Assembly (NCBI GenBank): GCA_963422735.1
Contig: OY730476.1
Span: 4,889,053-4,953,052, forward strand
DNA: 64,000 nt
DNA from: Candidatus Latescibacterota bacterium
GTDB lineage: Bacteria > Latescibacterota > UBA2968 > UBA8231
Direction of reading: 5' to 3'
Shown here: in pieces, positions 38,199-47,594 of the stretch
How the letters are laid out: each line of letters begins with the position of its first letter
How positions within the stretch are numbered: the first letter of the stretch is position 1
Program-made: the position numbers and the translations under genes
The notes under the pieces: model-generated
Told to the model about the DNA's origin: nothing
The model's input: the letters and a program-made list of their open reading frames with translations, nothing else
Databases searched by the model: none

Positions 38199-39188
38199 TT
38201 AGACGCTGCGGTTGTGGATCCAGCTAAACCGCAGCGGCGCGGTGTGAGTCTGCCGTCGCTCGTTGCGCTCGGCCAGCTTGGCGTAGCGCGGCCCGAGCTT
38301 GCACAAATAGTCTTGGGCGGCGGCCGCTTCGCCGGTGAGGCCGCCGAGCGAATCCAACTCCCACTGGCGGACTAGGTGCTGAGTGATTTCGGCGTAGTGC
38401 TTGGCCGTGTACACCCCGAGCCGCTGGGCCACGATAGAGAAGTGTTCAAAGAGGTCGGGATCCTGCCCATCGGTCATCAGGTGAGCGGGCATGACGACTT
38501 GGCGTTTCATCAGATCGCGGAAGGCCAATACCGCGCCGTTGGGATCTAGCTCGAAAATTTTCTTGATAAAGTTCGTGTACGCTTTTTCGTGGCGGGCTTC
38601 GTCGCCGGCCACGACGCCGCAGATAGTCTTGAGGTGCGAATCGCCGGCCTTTTGCGCCAAGCGGGCCATGTTGCTGTGGGAGATGCGGGTCGCCCGCTCT
38701 TGGAAAGACGTATAGACGAAGCCCTTATAGGGGTCTTGGGCGGCCTGCGGGTTGAAGCCATTGCTCAGCAGGTATTGGATCGTCGTCTCGATGGCGCGCA
38801 TATCGACTCGGCCCGTGAGGAAGAGGTATTTGTTGAGCAGGTCGCCGTGGCGATTTTCTTCGGCCGTCCAACCGCGAGACCACTGGGCCCACGGGCTGGG
38901 ATCCGTGCCGGTGGTGTCCGACACGCCTTCAAAGCTGTTGAGCAAAGTCTGATAGGTGGGTAGAGCTTCCTCGGTGATCATGTCGCCGACGAGCACGACG
39001 AGGACGTCGTCGGGAAGCGCTTGAGCGCGGGTGCGGAATTCGCGGATGGTGTCTTCCCAGTTTTCCGCGCCCACATTGGGGAGAAAATCGTCGGGCTGCC
39101 AACTGTCTTCTACGGATTTGAGCAACTGGAGCTGGCCCCTGACAAAATCCTCCATGCTCGCAATGACTTCTCTCTTGTGCGGATTCAA
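38199..39188 (-). CDS. soluble acyl-ACP desaturase (diiron)
   Basis: WQPDDFLP, GDMITEEALPTY, WTAEENRHG, YTSFQERAT, DEARHE. Confidence 0.95.
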   Translation of the reverse strand: MNPHKREVIASMEDFVRGQLQLLKSVEDSWQPDDFLPNVGAENWEDTIREFRTRAQALPDDVLVVLVGDMITEEALPTYQTLLNSFEGVSDTTGTDPSPWAQWSRGWTAEENRHGDLLNKYLFLTGRVDMRAIETTIQYLLSNGFNPQAAQDPYKGFVYTSFQERATRISHSNMARLAQKAGDSHLKTICGVVAGDEARHEKAYTNFIKKIFELDPNGAVLAFRDLMKRQVVMPAHLMTDGQDPDLFEHFSIVAQRLGVYTAKHYAEITQHLVRQWELDSLGGLTGEAAAAQDYLCKLGPRYAKLAERNERRQTHTAPLRFSWIHNRSV

Positions 39189-39624
39189 CTGAGTTTCTCC
39201 ATCACTGAGTGGTTGAAAGATACCCTAACCAGGTACGCGGGCGGCATGGGTTTATAAATATAAATATTGAATATAAGACAAAATGGACAAATTGAGCTAT
39301 CGATTCAAGCAGGTTTTTCCTCGGCAAGCCTTTGTTGATTAATAACAACATATGAGCATATAGTAAAACACTTGTTTTATATGTAAAACAAGCGAAATGT
39401 AGTATAAACATGCTCTTGTAGCCCGTCAACGCGCCGCGATGTGCATGCGAGTGGCTGGCGGTTCTCGCCAAAAGTGGTGAATGCCGCCATAAACACGGGT
39501 GGTACCCACGCTCCTTCTAAAATCCTATCCGATTGTTTACAAATGAGTTGTACACAGAGCAAAACAGCGGTACGCGCTTTGCTAATAAACGGGGTGAATC
39601 CCTTACCCCAACAAGGAGAATACC

Positions 39625-39822
39625 TTGGTGAACAAAGGATTTAGCAGGGAGCAGATCGAGCGCGTAGCGCGGATGTACAAATGCAATCAGGACGCCAGCC
39701 GGGCACTGGGGATCACGATACGCAGCTTTAGCCGGCTCTGCCGCAAATACGACATTGAATCGCCTTTTGCGCGTCGGCAGCGGCAGCGCTGTCGGGCGGC
39801 CAAAAGCACCAACCCCGCTTAA
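39625..39822 (+). CDS. small Fis-like HTH protein
   Basis: SD aaggag; NQDASRALGITIRSFSRLCRKYDI HTH-like pattern. Confidence 0.7.
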   Translation: MVNKGFSREQIERVARMYKCNQDASRALGITIRSFSRLCRKYDIESPFARRQRQRCRAAKSTNPA

Positions 39823-39855
39823 CCACGCCTTTAGGCGTGACATAGGAGGCATATC

Positions 39856-40524
39856 ATGGGAGCAATAGAGCGGATCGCCGCCATCTGGAAGGCGAACCTC
39901 AACGAGGCGCTGGACCGGATCGAGGATCCGGCAAAGATGGTAGATCAGATCGCCCGCGACATAGAGCGCGCCGTTGACCAAGCCGTAGCCGCGCTGGTCA
40001 AGGCGCGGGCCACCAAGCGGCGTCTAGAGCGCGATCTCCAGCGCAACGCCGAGCAGATGCAGATGTGGCAAGCGAAGGCCGCTGCCGCAGTGGAGGCCGG
40101 AAACGACGAGGGTGCGCGACTCGCCCTTATACAGAAGACGGAGCTAGACCAGGCACACGTGCGGTTGGAACCGGCCCTCGCAGAAAGCTGCGACACCCTA
40201 GTCCAGCTAGAGGAGCAGGTCGAGACCCTGCGCCAAAAGCTGCGCGATATCCGCGTCCGGCGGGGCAAGCTGATCGCCCGCTGTTGCGCCGAGCGCGAGC
40301 GCGGTGTAGCATTCGGCGAAGACGCGCCCGCGCTCCGCTTTACCGCAATCGAGCAGCGAGTGCAGCAAAGCGAGCGCGAACTGACGCGCTTTGAGGAACA
40401 GGTGGATCAGGCAGTCGCTGAGGCCGAAGTGCTGCGCGAACTAGCCGCCGAGCGCCGCAACGAGCGCGACCGCAAAGTTGCGGAGGAACTGGCCGCTCTG
40501 AAAGCGGCTTCACCTCGCCTTTAG
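39856..40524 (+). CDS. pspA: PspA/IM30 family protein
   Basis: KANLNEALDRIEDPAKMVDQ, WQAKAAAAVEAGNDEGARLAL, VAEELAALK. Confidence 0.9.
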   Translation: MGAIERIAAIWKANLNEALDRIEDPAKMVDQIARDIERAVDQAVAALVKARATKRRLERDLQRNAEQMQMWQAKAAAAVEAGNDEGARLALIQKTELDQAHVRLEPALAESCDTLVQLEEQVETLRQKLRDIRVRRGKLIARCCAERERGVAFGEDAPALRFTAIEQRVQQSERELTRFEEQVDQAVAEAEVLRELAAERRNERDRKVAEELAALKAASPRL

Positions 40525-40557
40525 GCGAGACCAAAGGTATCGTAAAGGAGGCCGGTC

Positions 40558-40926
40558 ATGTTGGCCAGAATACTGGGTGTGATATTGCTAATTGGGGGTG
40601 TTGCGCTGGGGGTCGAGCTAATTTGGCCCGTGTTCGGCAGCCTCTTTGGTTTGCTCGGCGCGATCGCGGTTGGCCTCTTGGCTGCCGGGGCGCTCTATAT
40701 AGGCCTGCGCTGGCTGCGCGGCGAGAGCATCTTGGGCCGAGTCGTCGGGGCCTTGGTCCTGCTCGCCGGGGTCTGGCTGGCCTTTGGGTCAGCGTTGAGC
40801 TTAGTAGCCGGCGTCTTTGGCGCTGCGTTCTTGCTGCTGAAAGTTGCCTTGGTGCTGGCGATGCTCTACGTGGGCTGGAGGTGGCTGGACAATGGCGAGT
40901 TTAGCCTGCGGAGATGGAGGGTTTGA
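40558..40926 (+). CDS. 4-TM membrane protein with internal duplication
   Basis: two similar halves ending LYIGLRWL and LYVGWRWL; SD aggagg. Confidence 0.8.
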   Translation: MLARILGVILLIGGVALGVELIWPVFGSLFGLLGAIAVGLLAAGALYIGLRWLRGESILGRVVGALVLLAGVWLAFGSALSLVAGVFGAAFLLLKVALVLAMLYVGWRWLDNGEFSLRRWRV

Positions 40927-40960
40927 GGGCAAAAAAACGCGCTGCAAGGGGTTAAATTGC

Positions 40961-41013
40961 TTGACAACTGCACTTGTGTTCAGTATATTTTAACTACTGA
41001 ACACAAGTGCAGT
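40961..41013 (+). promoter_or_regulatory. sigma70 promoter overlapped by a perfect 19-bp inverted repeat (probable operator)
   Basis: TTGACA(40961)-17 bp-TATATT(40984); arms actgcacttgtgttcagta (40967-40985) and tactgaacacaagtgcagt (40995-41013). Confidence 0.85.
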
Positions 41014-41079
41014 AAAGCGATTCCCCCACGTCCTCTCTGGCGCATCCCTAAGTGCCAGTACTCCCTTAGGAGGTTTCCA

Positions 41080-41376
41080 ATGCACAGGCAGCACGTATCC
41101 TCTCCCATGTCTCCATCTGTATCTCGTCTGGGCGGCGAGCTCAGCACGGTCATCAATCGAGTGCGGAGTGCTTTCGGCCCCATTCCCATGCGTGGCTCGG
41201 CCGTCCGTCCCCAAGTTCAGCGAGCCGAGAAAGTCGTGGATCAAACCGCCCGCCAGCTCCTCCGCGGCGAAGCGGATCTGAGCGCGTGGTATCGGGTGCT
41301 GCGTCAGTACGAAGATGCTTGGATGCTAGAGCTGGAAAAGCTGCGCAGCGCCCGGGCCGAGCGCTGTGCAGCTTGA
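41080..41376 (+). CDS. hypothetical protein (98 aa)
   Basis: SD aggaggt before the ATG; helical ORF downstream of the promoter. Confidence 0.75.
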   Translation: MHRQHVSSPMSPSVSRLGGELSTVINRVRSAFGPIPMRGSAVRPQVQRAEKVVDQTARQLLRGEADLSAWYRVLRQYEDAWMLELEKLRSARAERCAA

Positions 41377-41378
41377 GG

Positions 41379-41642
41379 CTAACCGAGTTGTATCTCGTCC
41401 ACCTTGCCGACGATGGCCGCGTCCGTAGGTAGTGGAGGGGCGAAGGCATTGCAGGCTTCGCGTGCGACCTCGACGATCACTGCGTCTCCCTCGCGCAGGG
41501 CCGCCCAAGTCGCGCAGACCTCGGCCTCGCCCATAGGCTCTAGGCGCTCGTCGATGTCTTGGGTCAGGTGCAATATCTGGCCGCGGAATGGTTCAATGCA
41601 CTGCGAGAGCACTACGGTGCCCACTACCTTGGCTAGCTTCAC
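41379..41642 (-). CDS. EutN/CcmL microcompartment vertex protein (BMC-P)
   Basis: MKLAKVVGTVVLS...TDAAIVGKVD. Confidence 0.85.
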   Translation of the reverse strand: MKLAKVVGTVVLSQCIEPFRGQILHLTQDIDERLEPMGEAEVCATWAALREGDAVIVEVAREACNAFAPPLPTDAAIVGKVDEIQLG

Positions 41643-41899
41643 GCGGCGGCCCCTTCGTCGATAATTCCCACGATTACGCTCCTGCACGGCGGTCGCTCGG
41701 CTCCGGTCACCTCGGCCCCGGCGGCCCCTGACTGAACGACCAGCACTTTGCTGCCGATCCCCGCTTGGACCCCATCCACCGCCACCTGCAAAGCGCCACC
41801 CTCCTCGCCTTCGGGGTACACGACCATGATCTTCTGCCCGGCGAGCAAGGGATGTTTGCTGCTGGCGACTACGTGGCCAATGACGCGGCAGACCCTCAT
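41639..41899 (-). CDS. EutN/CcmL microcompartment vertex protein (BMC-P)
   Basis: RVIGHVVASSKH...VAVDGVQAGIG...IVGIID. Confidence 0.9.
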   Translation of the reverse strand: MRVCRVIGHVVASSKHPLLAGQKIMVVYPEGEEGGALQVAVDGVQAGIGSKVLVVQSGAAGAEVTGAERPPCRSVIVGIIDEGAAA

Positions 41900-42198
41900 G
41901 CGACTTGCTTTTCTAAGGGGTGCCCAAACGCCTGTAGCGAATCCACGAGGCCGATGATCAGCGCATCTACGGGCATCTGATCCATGCCCGGTGCCTGCCC
42001 CGCCGAACTGCCCTGCACGACGACGACGAGTTCACCCTCGCCTGCTTGTACGGCGTCGATGCAGACGAGGTGCTTCTGGGTGTGCTTCAAGCCCTCAGGA
42101 GTGGCGGCGAGAATTTCGACTATCAAGAGTTTCTCGCCCTCGAGAGCATCTACCTTGGCGCTGGAGACCACATGCCCTTTGACGAGGCCGAGTATCAC
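41896..42198 (-). CDS. EutN/CcmL microcompartment vertex protein (BMC-P)
   Basis: GLVKGHVVSSAK...DAVQAGEGE...GSSA...PVDALIIGLVD. Confidence 0.92.
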   Translation of the reverse strand: MILGLVKGHVVSSAKVDALEGEKLLIVEILAATPEGLKHTQKHLVCIDAVQAGEGELVVVVQGSSAGQAPGMDQMPVDALIIGLVDSLQAFGHPLEKQVA

Positions 42199-43451
42199 AG
42201 GCTTTCTTCAAAGAGCCGCAAGCGGGCGTCGTCGATTTCTTGTGCGCCGTACCCGTACAAGCCAGCGACCTTTTCCAACACTTGGTTTATGAGGATATCG
42301 GGGCAGGACGCGCCCGAGGTAATAATTAGCCGCACGGGCAGGGGCCGCGGCAGCCAGCCCTCGCTCTCGATCATTTTTTTGGCGTGGACATCGAAATGGC
42401 GGATGCGCTGGTCCGATAGGATCTCGTCGCTGTTGGCGATGAGAAAGCTCGGCATAGATTGGAGGCACAGCTCGACTAAATGTGAGGTGTTCGAGCTATT
42501 GTAGCCGCCGACGATCAGGGCCAAATCGGCACCAGAGCTTAGCAGCGTGCGCGTGGCGTTCTGGTTTTGGTGGGTGGCGTAGCACAGGGTGTCGTTGGTG
42601 TCGGCGCAGTGGTAGTCGAGGTCTTCCTCGCCATAGCGCTGGCGCATGGCGCGGCGCAAAATTGCGGTCACTTCCTGCGTTTCCTCGGCGAGCATGGTCG
42701 TCTGGTTGACCACGGCCACCCGCTCTAGGTCCCTTTGCGGGTCGAAACCCTCTGAGCTTTTGCCGGCAAAGGTGCGCTCGAAGTCGGCGAGCGGCAACGC
42801 GCCGGTGATGTACGCGGCTACCTTCTCGGCTTCGGCGGAGTCGAATACCACTAGGGTCTTGGTGTGTTCCTCGGTGCGCGAATGAGTCGCTTGGGTCTCG
42901 GCGTGGTTGTACTTGCCGTGGAGGATGACGGTATAGCCTTGGCGGCCTAGCTCCTCGCCGCGCTTCCACACTTTGGACACAAAGGGGCAGGTGGTATCGT
43001 AGTTTTCCCGGTATTCCTCGGACTCGATGTCGATGCCACTTTGGCGGAGCGATTCTTCGATCTGTATGGTGGTGCCAAAGGCCGGGATGAGCGTAATGTC
43101 GTCGCTGCTCAGTTCCTCCTCGGAGACTTGGCGGTCCCCTTCGGAGTCGTAGATAAAGCGGACGCCTTGCTTTTTGAGATCGTTGTTGACCAAGGGGTTG
43201 TGGATGATCTCGCTGACGAGGTACGCGTTGCGATCCGGGTTCTGCTTTAGGGCGGAAAAGGCCATGTGAATGGCCCGCTCGACCCCGAAGCAAAAGCCAA
43301 AGTGCCGGGGGATTAGGGTCTGTAGCTGGCCGATTTGCAGGAGCGTCGGACACAGCGAACGCTTGCCGTTTTTCAGGCGGTAGTCCTTGACGCGCTGGAT
43401 GATGGGGCCGGCGTAGTGATTGGGGACCCGGTCGAATTGCCGATACGCCAT
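42195..43451 (-). CDS. ispH: 4-hydroxy-3-methylbut-2-enyl diphosphate reductase
   Basis: FGFCFGVERA, IIHNP, DTTCP, NQTT, DTLCYAT, NSSNT, TSGASCP. Confidence 0.96.
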   Translation of the reverse strand: MAYRQFDRVPNHYAGPIIQRVKDYRLKNGKRSLCPTLLQIGQLQTLIPRHFGFCFGVERAIHMAFSALKQNPDRNAYLVSEIIHNPLVNNDLKKQGVRFIYDSEGDRQVSEEELSSDDITLIPAFGTTIQIEESLRQSGIDIESEEYRENYDTTCPFVSKVWKRGEELGRQGYTVILHGKYNHAETQATHSRTEEHTKTLVVFDSAEAEKVAAYITGALPLADFERTFAGKSSEGFDPQRDLERVAVVNQTTMLAEETQEVTAILRRAMRQRYGEEDLDYHCADTNDTLCYATHQNQNATRTLLSSGADLALIVGGYNSSNTSHLVELCLQSMPSFLIANSDEILSDQRIRHFDVHAKKMIESEGWLPRPLPVRLIITSGASCPDILINQVLEKVAGLYGYGAQEIDDARLRLFEESL

Positions 43452-43587
43452 GCGAAGCTCCTTGTAGAATCTCTTATAGAAGTACATAGTACAGTATCAG
43501 GCTAAACTGTCAATAGCACCCTGCTAGGGGCCGAGCGATTGGTTATATTGCCCGGCGCTGAATTCATCTGTAAGGGAGTGTCAACCA

Positions 43588-44664
43588 ATGAAATTTGTCA
43601 TTCGCGCCGGAGGGGTCGGTACGCGGCTGTGGCCCTATAGCCGAGCGTGCAAGCCCAAGCAGTTCCACTGCATGACCGGCGAGCAGACCATGCTCCAAGA
43701 TGCGGTCGCCCGCATTGGTGCGCTTGCCGCGCCGGCCGATGTGTACGTATCGACCGGACGCCCGTTGCGGTCGCTGGTGAACGAGCAGGTGCCGGCACTG
43801 CCGCCCGAGCAGCTAATCGTCGAGCCGGTGCTGCGCAATACCGGGGCAGCCATCGGCTTGGAATGCGTGCTGTTAGAGGCCCGCCATCCGGGCTGCACGG
43901 TCGCCAGCTTGGGATCGGACCACTACATAGGCCGGTCCGAGGAGTTCTGCCGCTTGTTACAGATCGCCGACCAAGCCCTAACCGACCGGCCCGATTACTT
44001 GTTCACGCTCGGGGTCAAGCCGACGCGCGCTGAGACCGGTTATGGCTACATCCGCCGCGGCTCCATGCTGGCACAGGTGCGCGGGACGCCGGTGTACGCA
44101 GTCGCCGAGTTTACTGAAAAGCCCGCCGCACAACAGGCGGCCGAATACGCGGCCAGCGGCCACTATTGGTGGAACAGCAACACGTTTGTCTGGAAGGCGG
44201 CGACCGTGCTGGAGCTTTTCGCCCGCTTTGAGCCGGAAATGCACGCCGGCTTGCGGCGCATCCAAGCGGCCGTTGGTACGCCGGAAGAGGAAATGGTCAT
44301 CGCCCGTGAGTATCCAAAGCTCAAGCCGATTTCCATTGACCACGCCTTAGTCGAGCGCGCCCCCAAGGTGGCCACGCTAGAGGCGGATATCGACTGGGGA
44401 GACATCGGCTCTTGGTCAGCCCTGACGGATGTATTGCCGACGGATGCAGCGGGCAATTTGCTGGCGGGCGAGGTGGTGGCGTTGGACGCGGCCCGTTCGA
44501 CGGTGTACGGGCAGGCCGACAAAATCGTGCTGCTACTGGGGGTAGAGGACTTGATCGTGGTGGATACCGAAGACGCGCTGCTGGTGTGCGGGAAGGGGGC
44601 GGCTCAGCAGGTGAAAGACGCGGTGGACTTGCTTAAAGAAAAGCAGCGTGAGAAATACCTCTAG
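43588..44664 (+). CDS. manC: mannose-1-phosphate guanylyltransferase
   Basis: AGGVGTRLWPYSR..KPKQF, EP..RNT, SDH, ETGYGYI, FTEKP, WGDIGSW. Confidence 0.92.
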   Translation: MKFVIRAGGVGTRLWPYSRACKPKQFHCMTGEQTMLQDAVARIGALAAPADVYVSTGRPLRSLVNEQVPALPPEQLIVEPVLRNTGAAIGLECVLLEARHPGCTVASLGSDHYIGRSEEFCRLLQIADQALTDRPDYLFTLGVKPTRAETGYGYIRRGSMLAQVRGTPVYAVAEFTEKPAAQQAAEYAASGHYWWNSNTFVWKAATVLELFARFEPEMHAGLRRIQAAVGTPEEEMVIAREYPKLKPISIDHALVERAPKVATLEADIDWGDIGSWSALTDVLPTDAAGNLLAGEVVALDAARSTVYGQADKIVLLLGVEDLIVVDTEDALLVCGKGAAQQVKDAVDLLKEKQREKYL

Positions 44665-44666
44665 GC

Positions 44667-45425
44667 TCATTCTACGTCGAGGATGTAGCGCGCTAGCGGC
44701 GAGAGCCGCTGGGCAGTTGCGGTCCGCAAGTACTCGCGCTGGTTGGTCTGCTGTGGGTGCTCGCGGGCGATAAAGGCGCAGTGCAGGGTGCGGCGGGGGC
44801 TGCTACTGTGGTTGCGATACGAACTGTGCCAGAGGCTGCCGTTGAACACGGCGACCGAGCCGGCACGGCCCGTGAGATGCACTTGGTCAGGGTGGTCGGC
44901 CAAGGGGTCGGCCACGTGGTCGGCGACCTTGCCGGGTTTGCGGTGGCTGCCCGGGACGCAGCGAGTCGCGCCGTTGTCTTGGGTGAAATCGTCGAGCATC
45001 CACATGGAGTTGACGACGTGATACGGCCCGCTGGGCACGGTGGGCTGTCCCCAATCCGCGTGCAGAGCCTGTAAACCGCTGCCGGGCAGTGGATCGTGCC
45101 CGTTGAGCGAGTGCAGCTTAAACGGCCGCTGCAAGACGTGGAAGACTGCCGTCAGCAGTGTCGGCAGTAGGTACACAGCGTCGAAGACAGTCCCCTTGTT
45201 GACCAAATCGGCGAGGCGGCGCACGCCCTCCACTTGGGAGACCTCAGCGCCGGCTTGGTCGCCCTCGCGGGCAAAAATCGCGTCAAAAGCGTGGCGCAAC
45301 TCGGCCAGCCAGTCGGGCGCGATGACCTCTGCCAAGATAGTGAAGCCGTTGGTGTCCAGCGCGCTGCATTGCGCGGGCGTCAGTGGGTGGGGGGCGAATC
45401 CCCGTTGCAACAATTCGATGTCCAA
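44667..45425 (-). CDS. phytanoyl-CoA dioxygenase (PhyH) family protein
   Basis: LHAD, WMLDDFT..NGATRCVPGSH, GSLWH, R. Confidence 0.9.
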   Translation of the reverse strand: MDIELLQRGFAPHPLTPAQCSALDTNGFTILAEVIAPDWLAELRHAFDAIFAREGDQAGAEVSQVEGVRRLADLVNKGTVFDAVYLLPTLLTAVFHVLQRPFKLHSLNGHDPLPGSGLQALHADWGQPTVPSGPYHVVNSMWMLDDFTQDNGATRCVPGSHRKPGKVADHVADPLADHPDQVHLTGRAGSVAVFNGSLWHSSYRNHSSSPRRTLHCAFIAREHPQQTNQREYLRTATAQRLSPLARYILDVE

Positions 45426-45442
45426 AGCGGATGTCCCTTCGC

Positions 45443-46609
45443 TTAGTTGTCGGCTTGTTGTCGTGCGAATTCGCAAATAGTGGTCACGCCGCGGCGGATG
45501 TGCTCTTCGGAGGCGGCGATGGAGATGCGCACGTGGTCGCGGCACATCTGGCCGAAGGTGCTGCCCGGGGCCACGGCCACGCGCTGCTGTTTGAGCAGTC
45601 GGATGGCGAATTCGCCGGAGTCCACACCAGCCGCCGAGATGTCGATCATCAGGTAGATCGCGCCGCCAGGGGTGTATTGGTAGAGGCCGTACTGGCGCAG
45701 GACATCGAGGGCGATGTCGCGGCGGCGCGCATAGGCGCGGCACATGGCTTGTACTTCGTCTTGCGGGCCGTCGAGCGCGTCGGCGGAGGCCAACTGCGAA
45801 AAGCCCGTGCCGCAGGAGATAAAAGGCTCTTGGAGCTTGGTGGCTAGTTCGATGTACTCGGGATTGGCGCGGGTGAAGCCTACTCGATAGCCGGTCATGG
45901 CGTAGCTTTTGGACATGCCGGAGACGACGATGGCGCGTCCGTCGGCGTCGTGCGGCAGGGCGCTCTGATGCGGTTGGTCGAAGACGATCTGGCCATATAT
46001 CTCGTCGGACAGCACCCACAAGTTGTGGCGTTGGGCCAAGTCCATGAACTGGCGCATCAAGCCCTCGTCGTACACTTGGCCGGTGGGGTTGGAGGGTGTG
46101 CAGAGGAGGAGGAGCTTAGTGCGGAGGCTGACTAGGCGGTCGATCTCGTCGAGGTCGGGCAGAAAGTGATTTTCCGCCCGCAGATTGTAAAAGACGGGTT
46201 GGCCGTGGGCGATGGAGACGGCCATCTCGTAGTTGGGCCAGCCTGGGTCGGGCAACAGGACCTCGTCGCCCGGTTCGAGTAGGGCGAGGAAAGCGGTCGC
46301 CACACTCATAACCGCCCCGGGGGTGACGAGGATGTTTTCGCTGGTGGTCGGCACGCCGGTGCGGCGCTCGAAGTAGCGAGCTGCGGCTGCGCGCAAAGCA
46401 TCGACTCCGGCGTTGGGCACGTACTTGGTGTGGCCGGCGCGCGCGTAGCGGCAGGTGGCTTCGACGATGGGTGCTGGCGTGGCAAAATCGGGTTGGCCGA
46501 CTTCGAGGTGGATGACCTCGCCCGTCTTCTCGACGTCCCAGGCCAAGTCCATGATCTCGCGGATGCCCGAGCGGGGAATAGACGCGGGGATACGGGCGAA
46601 AGGCTTCAT
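45443..46609 (-). CDS. class I/II PLP-dependent aminotransferase
   Basis: PSNPTG, SDEIY, SKSYAMTGYRVG. Confidence 0.93.
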   Translation of the reverse strand: MKPFARIPASIPRSGIREIMDLAWDVEKTGEVIHLEVGQPDFATPAPIVEATCRYARAGHTKYVPNAGVDALRAAAARYFERRTGVPTTSENILVTPGAVMSVATAFLALLEPGDEVLLPDPGWPNYEMAVSIAHGQPVFYNLRAENHFLPDLDEIDRLVSLRTKLLLLCTPSNPTGQVYDEGLMRQFMDLAQRHNLWVLSDEIYGQIVFDQPHQSALPHDADGRAIVVSGMSKSYAMTGYRVGFTRANPEYIELATKLQEPFISCGTGFSQLASADALDGPQDEVQAMCRAYARRRDIALDVLRQYGLYQYTPGGAIYLMIDISAAGVDSGEFAIRLLKQQRVAVAPGSTFGQMCRDHVRISIAASEEHIRRGVTTICEFARQQADN

Positions 46610-47403
46610 CGGATGTGGATGCCCGGGCCGGTCGCGCCGATCATCTGCACAGTGTTGTAGATGGAGACCGGCGTCGAGGCTCCGGTGACCCCGGTGATCC
46701 CCTCGCTGCGTGCGACCTTGAGGTCAAGGCCCGGACCTTGGGCGTGAATTTCGACGATGGCTTCGCTCCACTGTGGGCTTACCAGCAGCAGTGAGTGCGT
46801 GCGGTCGAAGCCGAGGCCGGCGTACGCGATGGCCGCGTGGGTATTGACGTTGCGCGGGAAGAGCGGGCAGATGCCGCGCGTCGGGCCGTCGTAAAGGACC
46901 GTTTCTTCTTTGATATCGTCGGGGTCGAGGCCAGCGGCCGCGCAATCGACGTTGTGCGGGGGCTTTTTCATCACCACATCTACCGACTCCCACACGTCTC
47001 GATTTTCCAAGAGTGCGTCCATGCCGACCACGCCTCCGTGTGGGACGAAGGCGCGGGTGCCGGCGCGGCGGGTCGTCTCCTCAATGGTGGTTTCGATGGC
47101 TGGGTCGGCGAGGGCAGTTACCGAAATGAACATGTAGTTGGTTTTTTCGAGGATCGTCTGTCCCCACTGGCGGGTAACGTCCGGGTGGGCCATCTCGACG
47201 ACGAGGTCGGGCTGCCGCGACTCAAAGTCGCCTAAATCCGCTAGGCAGCAGTCGCCGGGGAGGTTTTGGACAGCAGCGGCCATTTGGTCGTGGACGAAGA
47301 CGACCTCCATGCCGTTGTCTGCGTCAGCCTCTATCATCTTGTGGACGGCTTGGCCGATCTGGCCGTAGCCGATCAGGCCGATGCGGGTCGATTTTTGGCG
47401 CAT
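46606..47403 (-). CDS. aspartate dehydrogenase-like protein (NadX/DUF108)
   Basis: IGYGQIG, VVEMA, GGVVGMDAL, KKPP, FPRNVN. Confidence 0.8.
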   Translation of the reverse strand: MRQKSTRIGLIGYGQIGQAVHKMIEADADNGMEVVFVHDQMAAAVQNLPGDCCLADLGDFESRQPDLVVEMAHPDVTRQWGQTILEKTNYMFISVTALADPAIETTIEETTRRAGTRAFVPHGGVVGMDALLENRDVWESVDVVMKKPPHNVDCAAAGLDPDDIKEETVLYDGPTRGICPLFPRNVNTHAAIAYAGLGFDRTHSLLLVSPQWSEAIVEIHAQGPGLDLKVARSEGITGVTGASTPVSIYNTVQMIGATGPGIHIR

Positions 47404-47594
47404 GGTCTGGCTCCTCAAAGGGGGTGAAATCGGCAGTAGCGAATATATGCACTCGCCGTGGATATGGCGAACAAACGGCGCGTCGAATCAGAGCTATTTT
47501 GTCCACCTAGACCGGCTGCGGCGGTTGATTGCTATTGACCGTTCTTTCCGATTAATTATACGTAAATACGTATATTAATTAGAGCAAGGGAAAC

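Noticed and set aside
45426-46019. Apparent N-terminal extension of PhyH (450-aa ORF)
   Set aside because: Extension overlaps the aminotransferase in another frame; the real start is near 45425.
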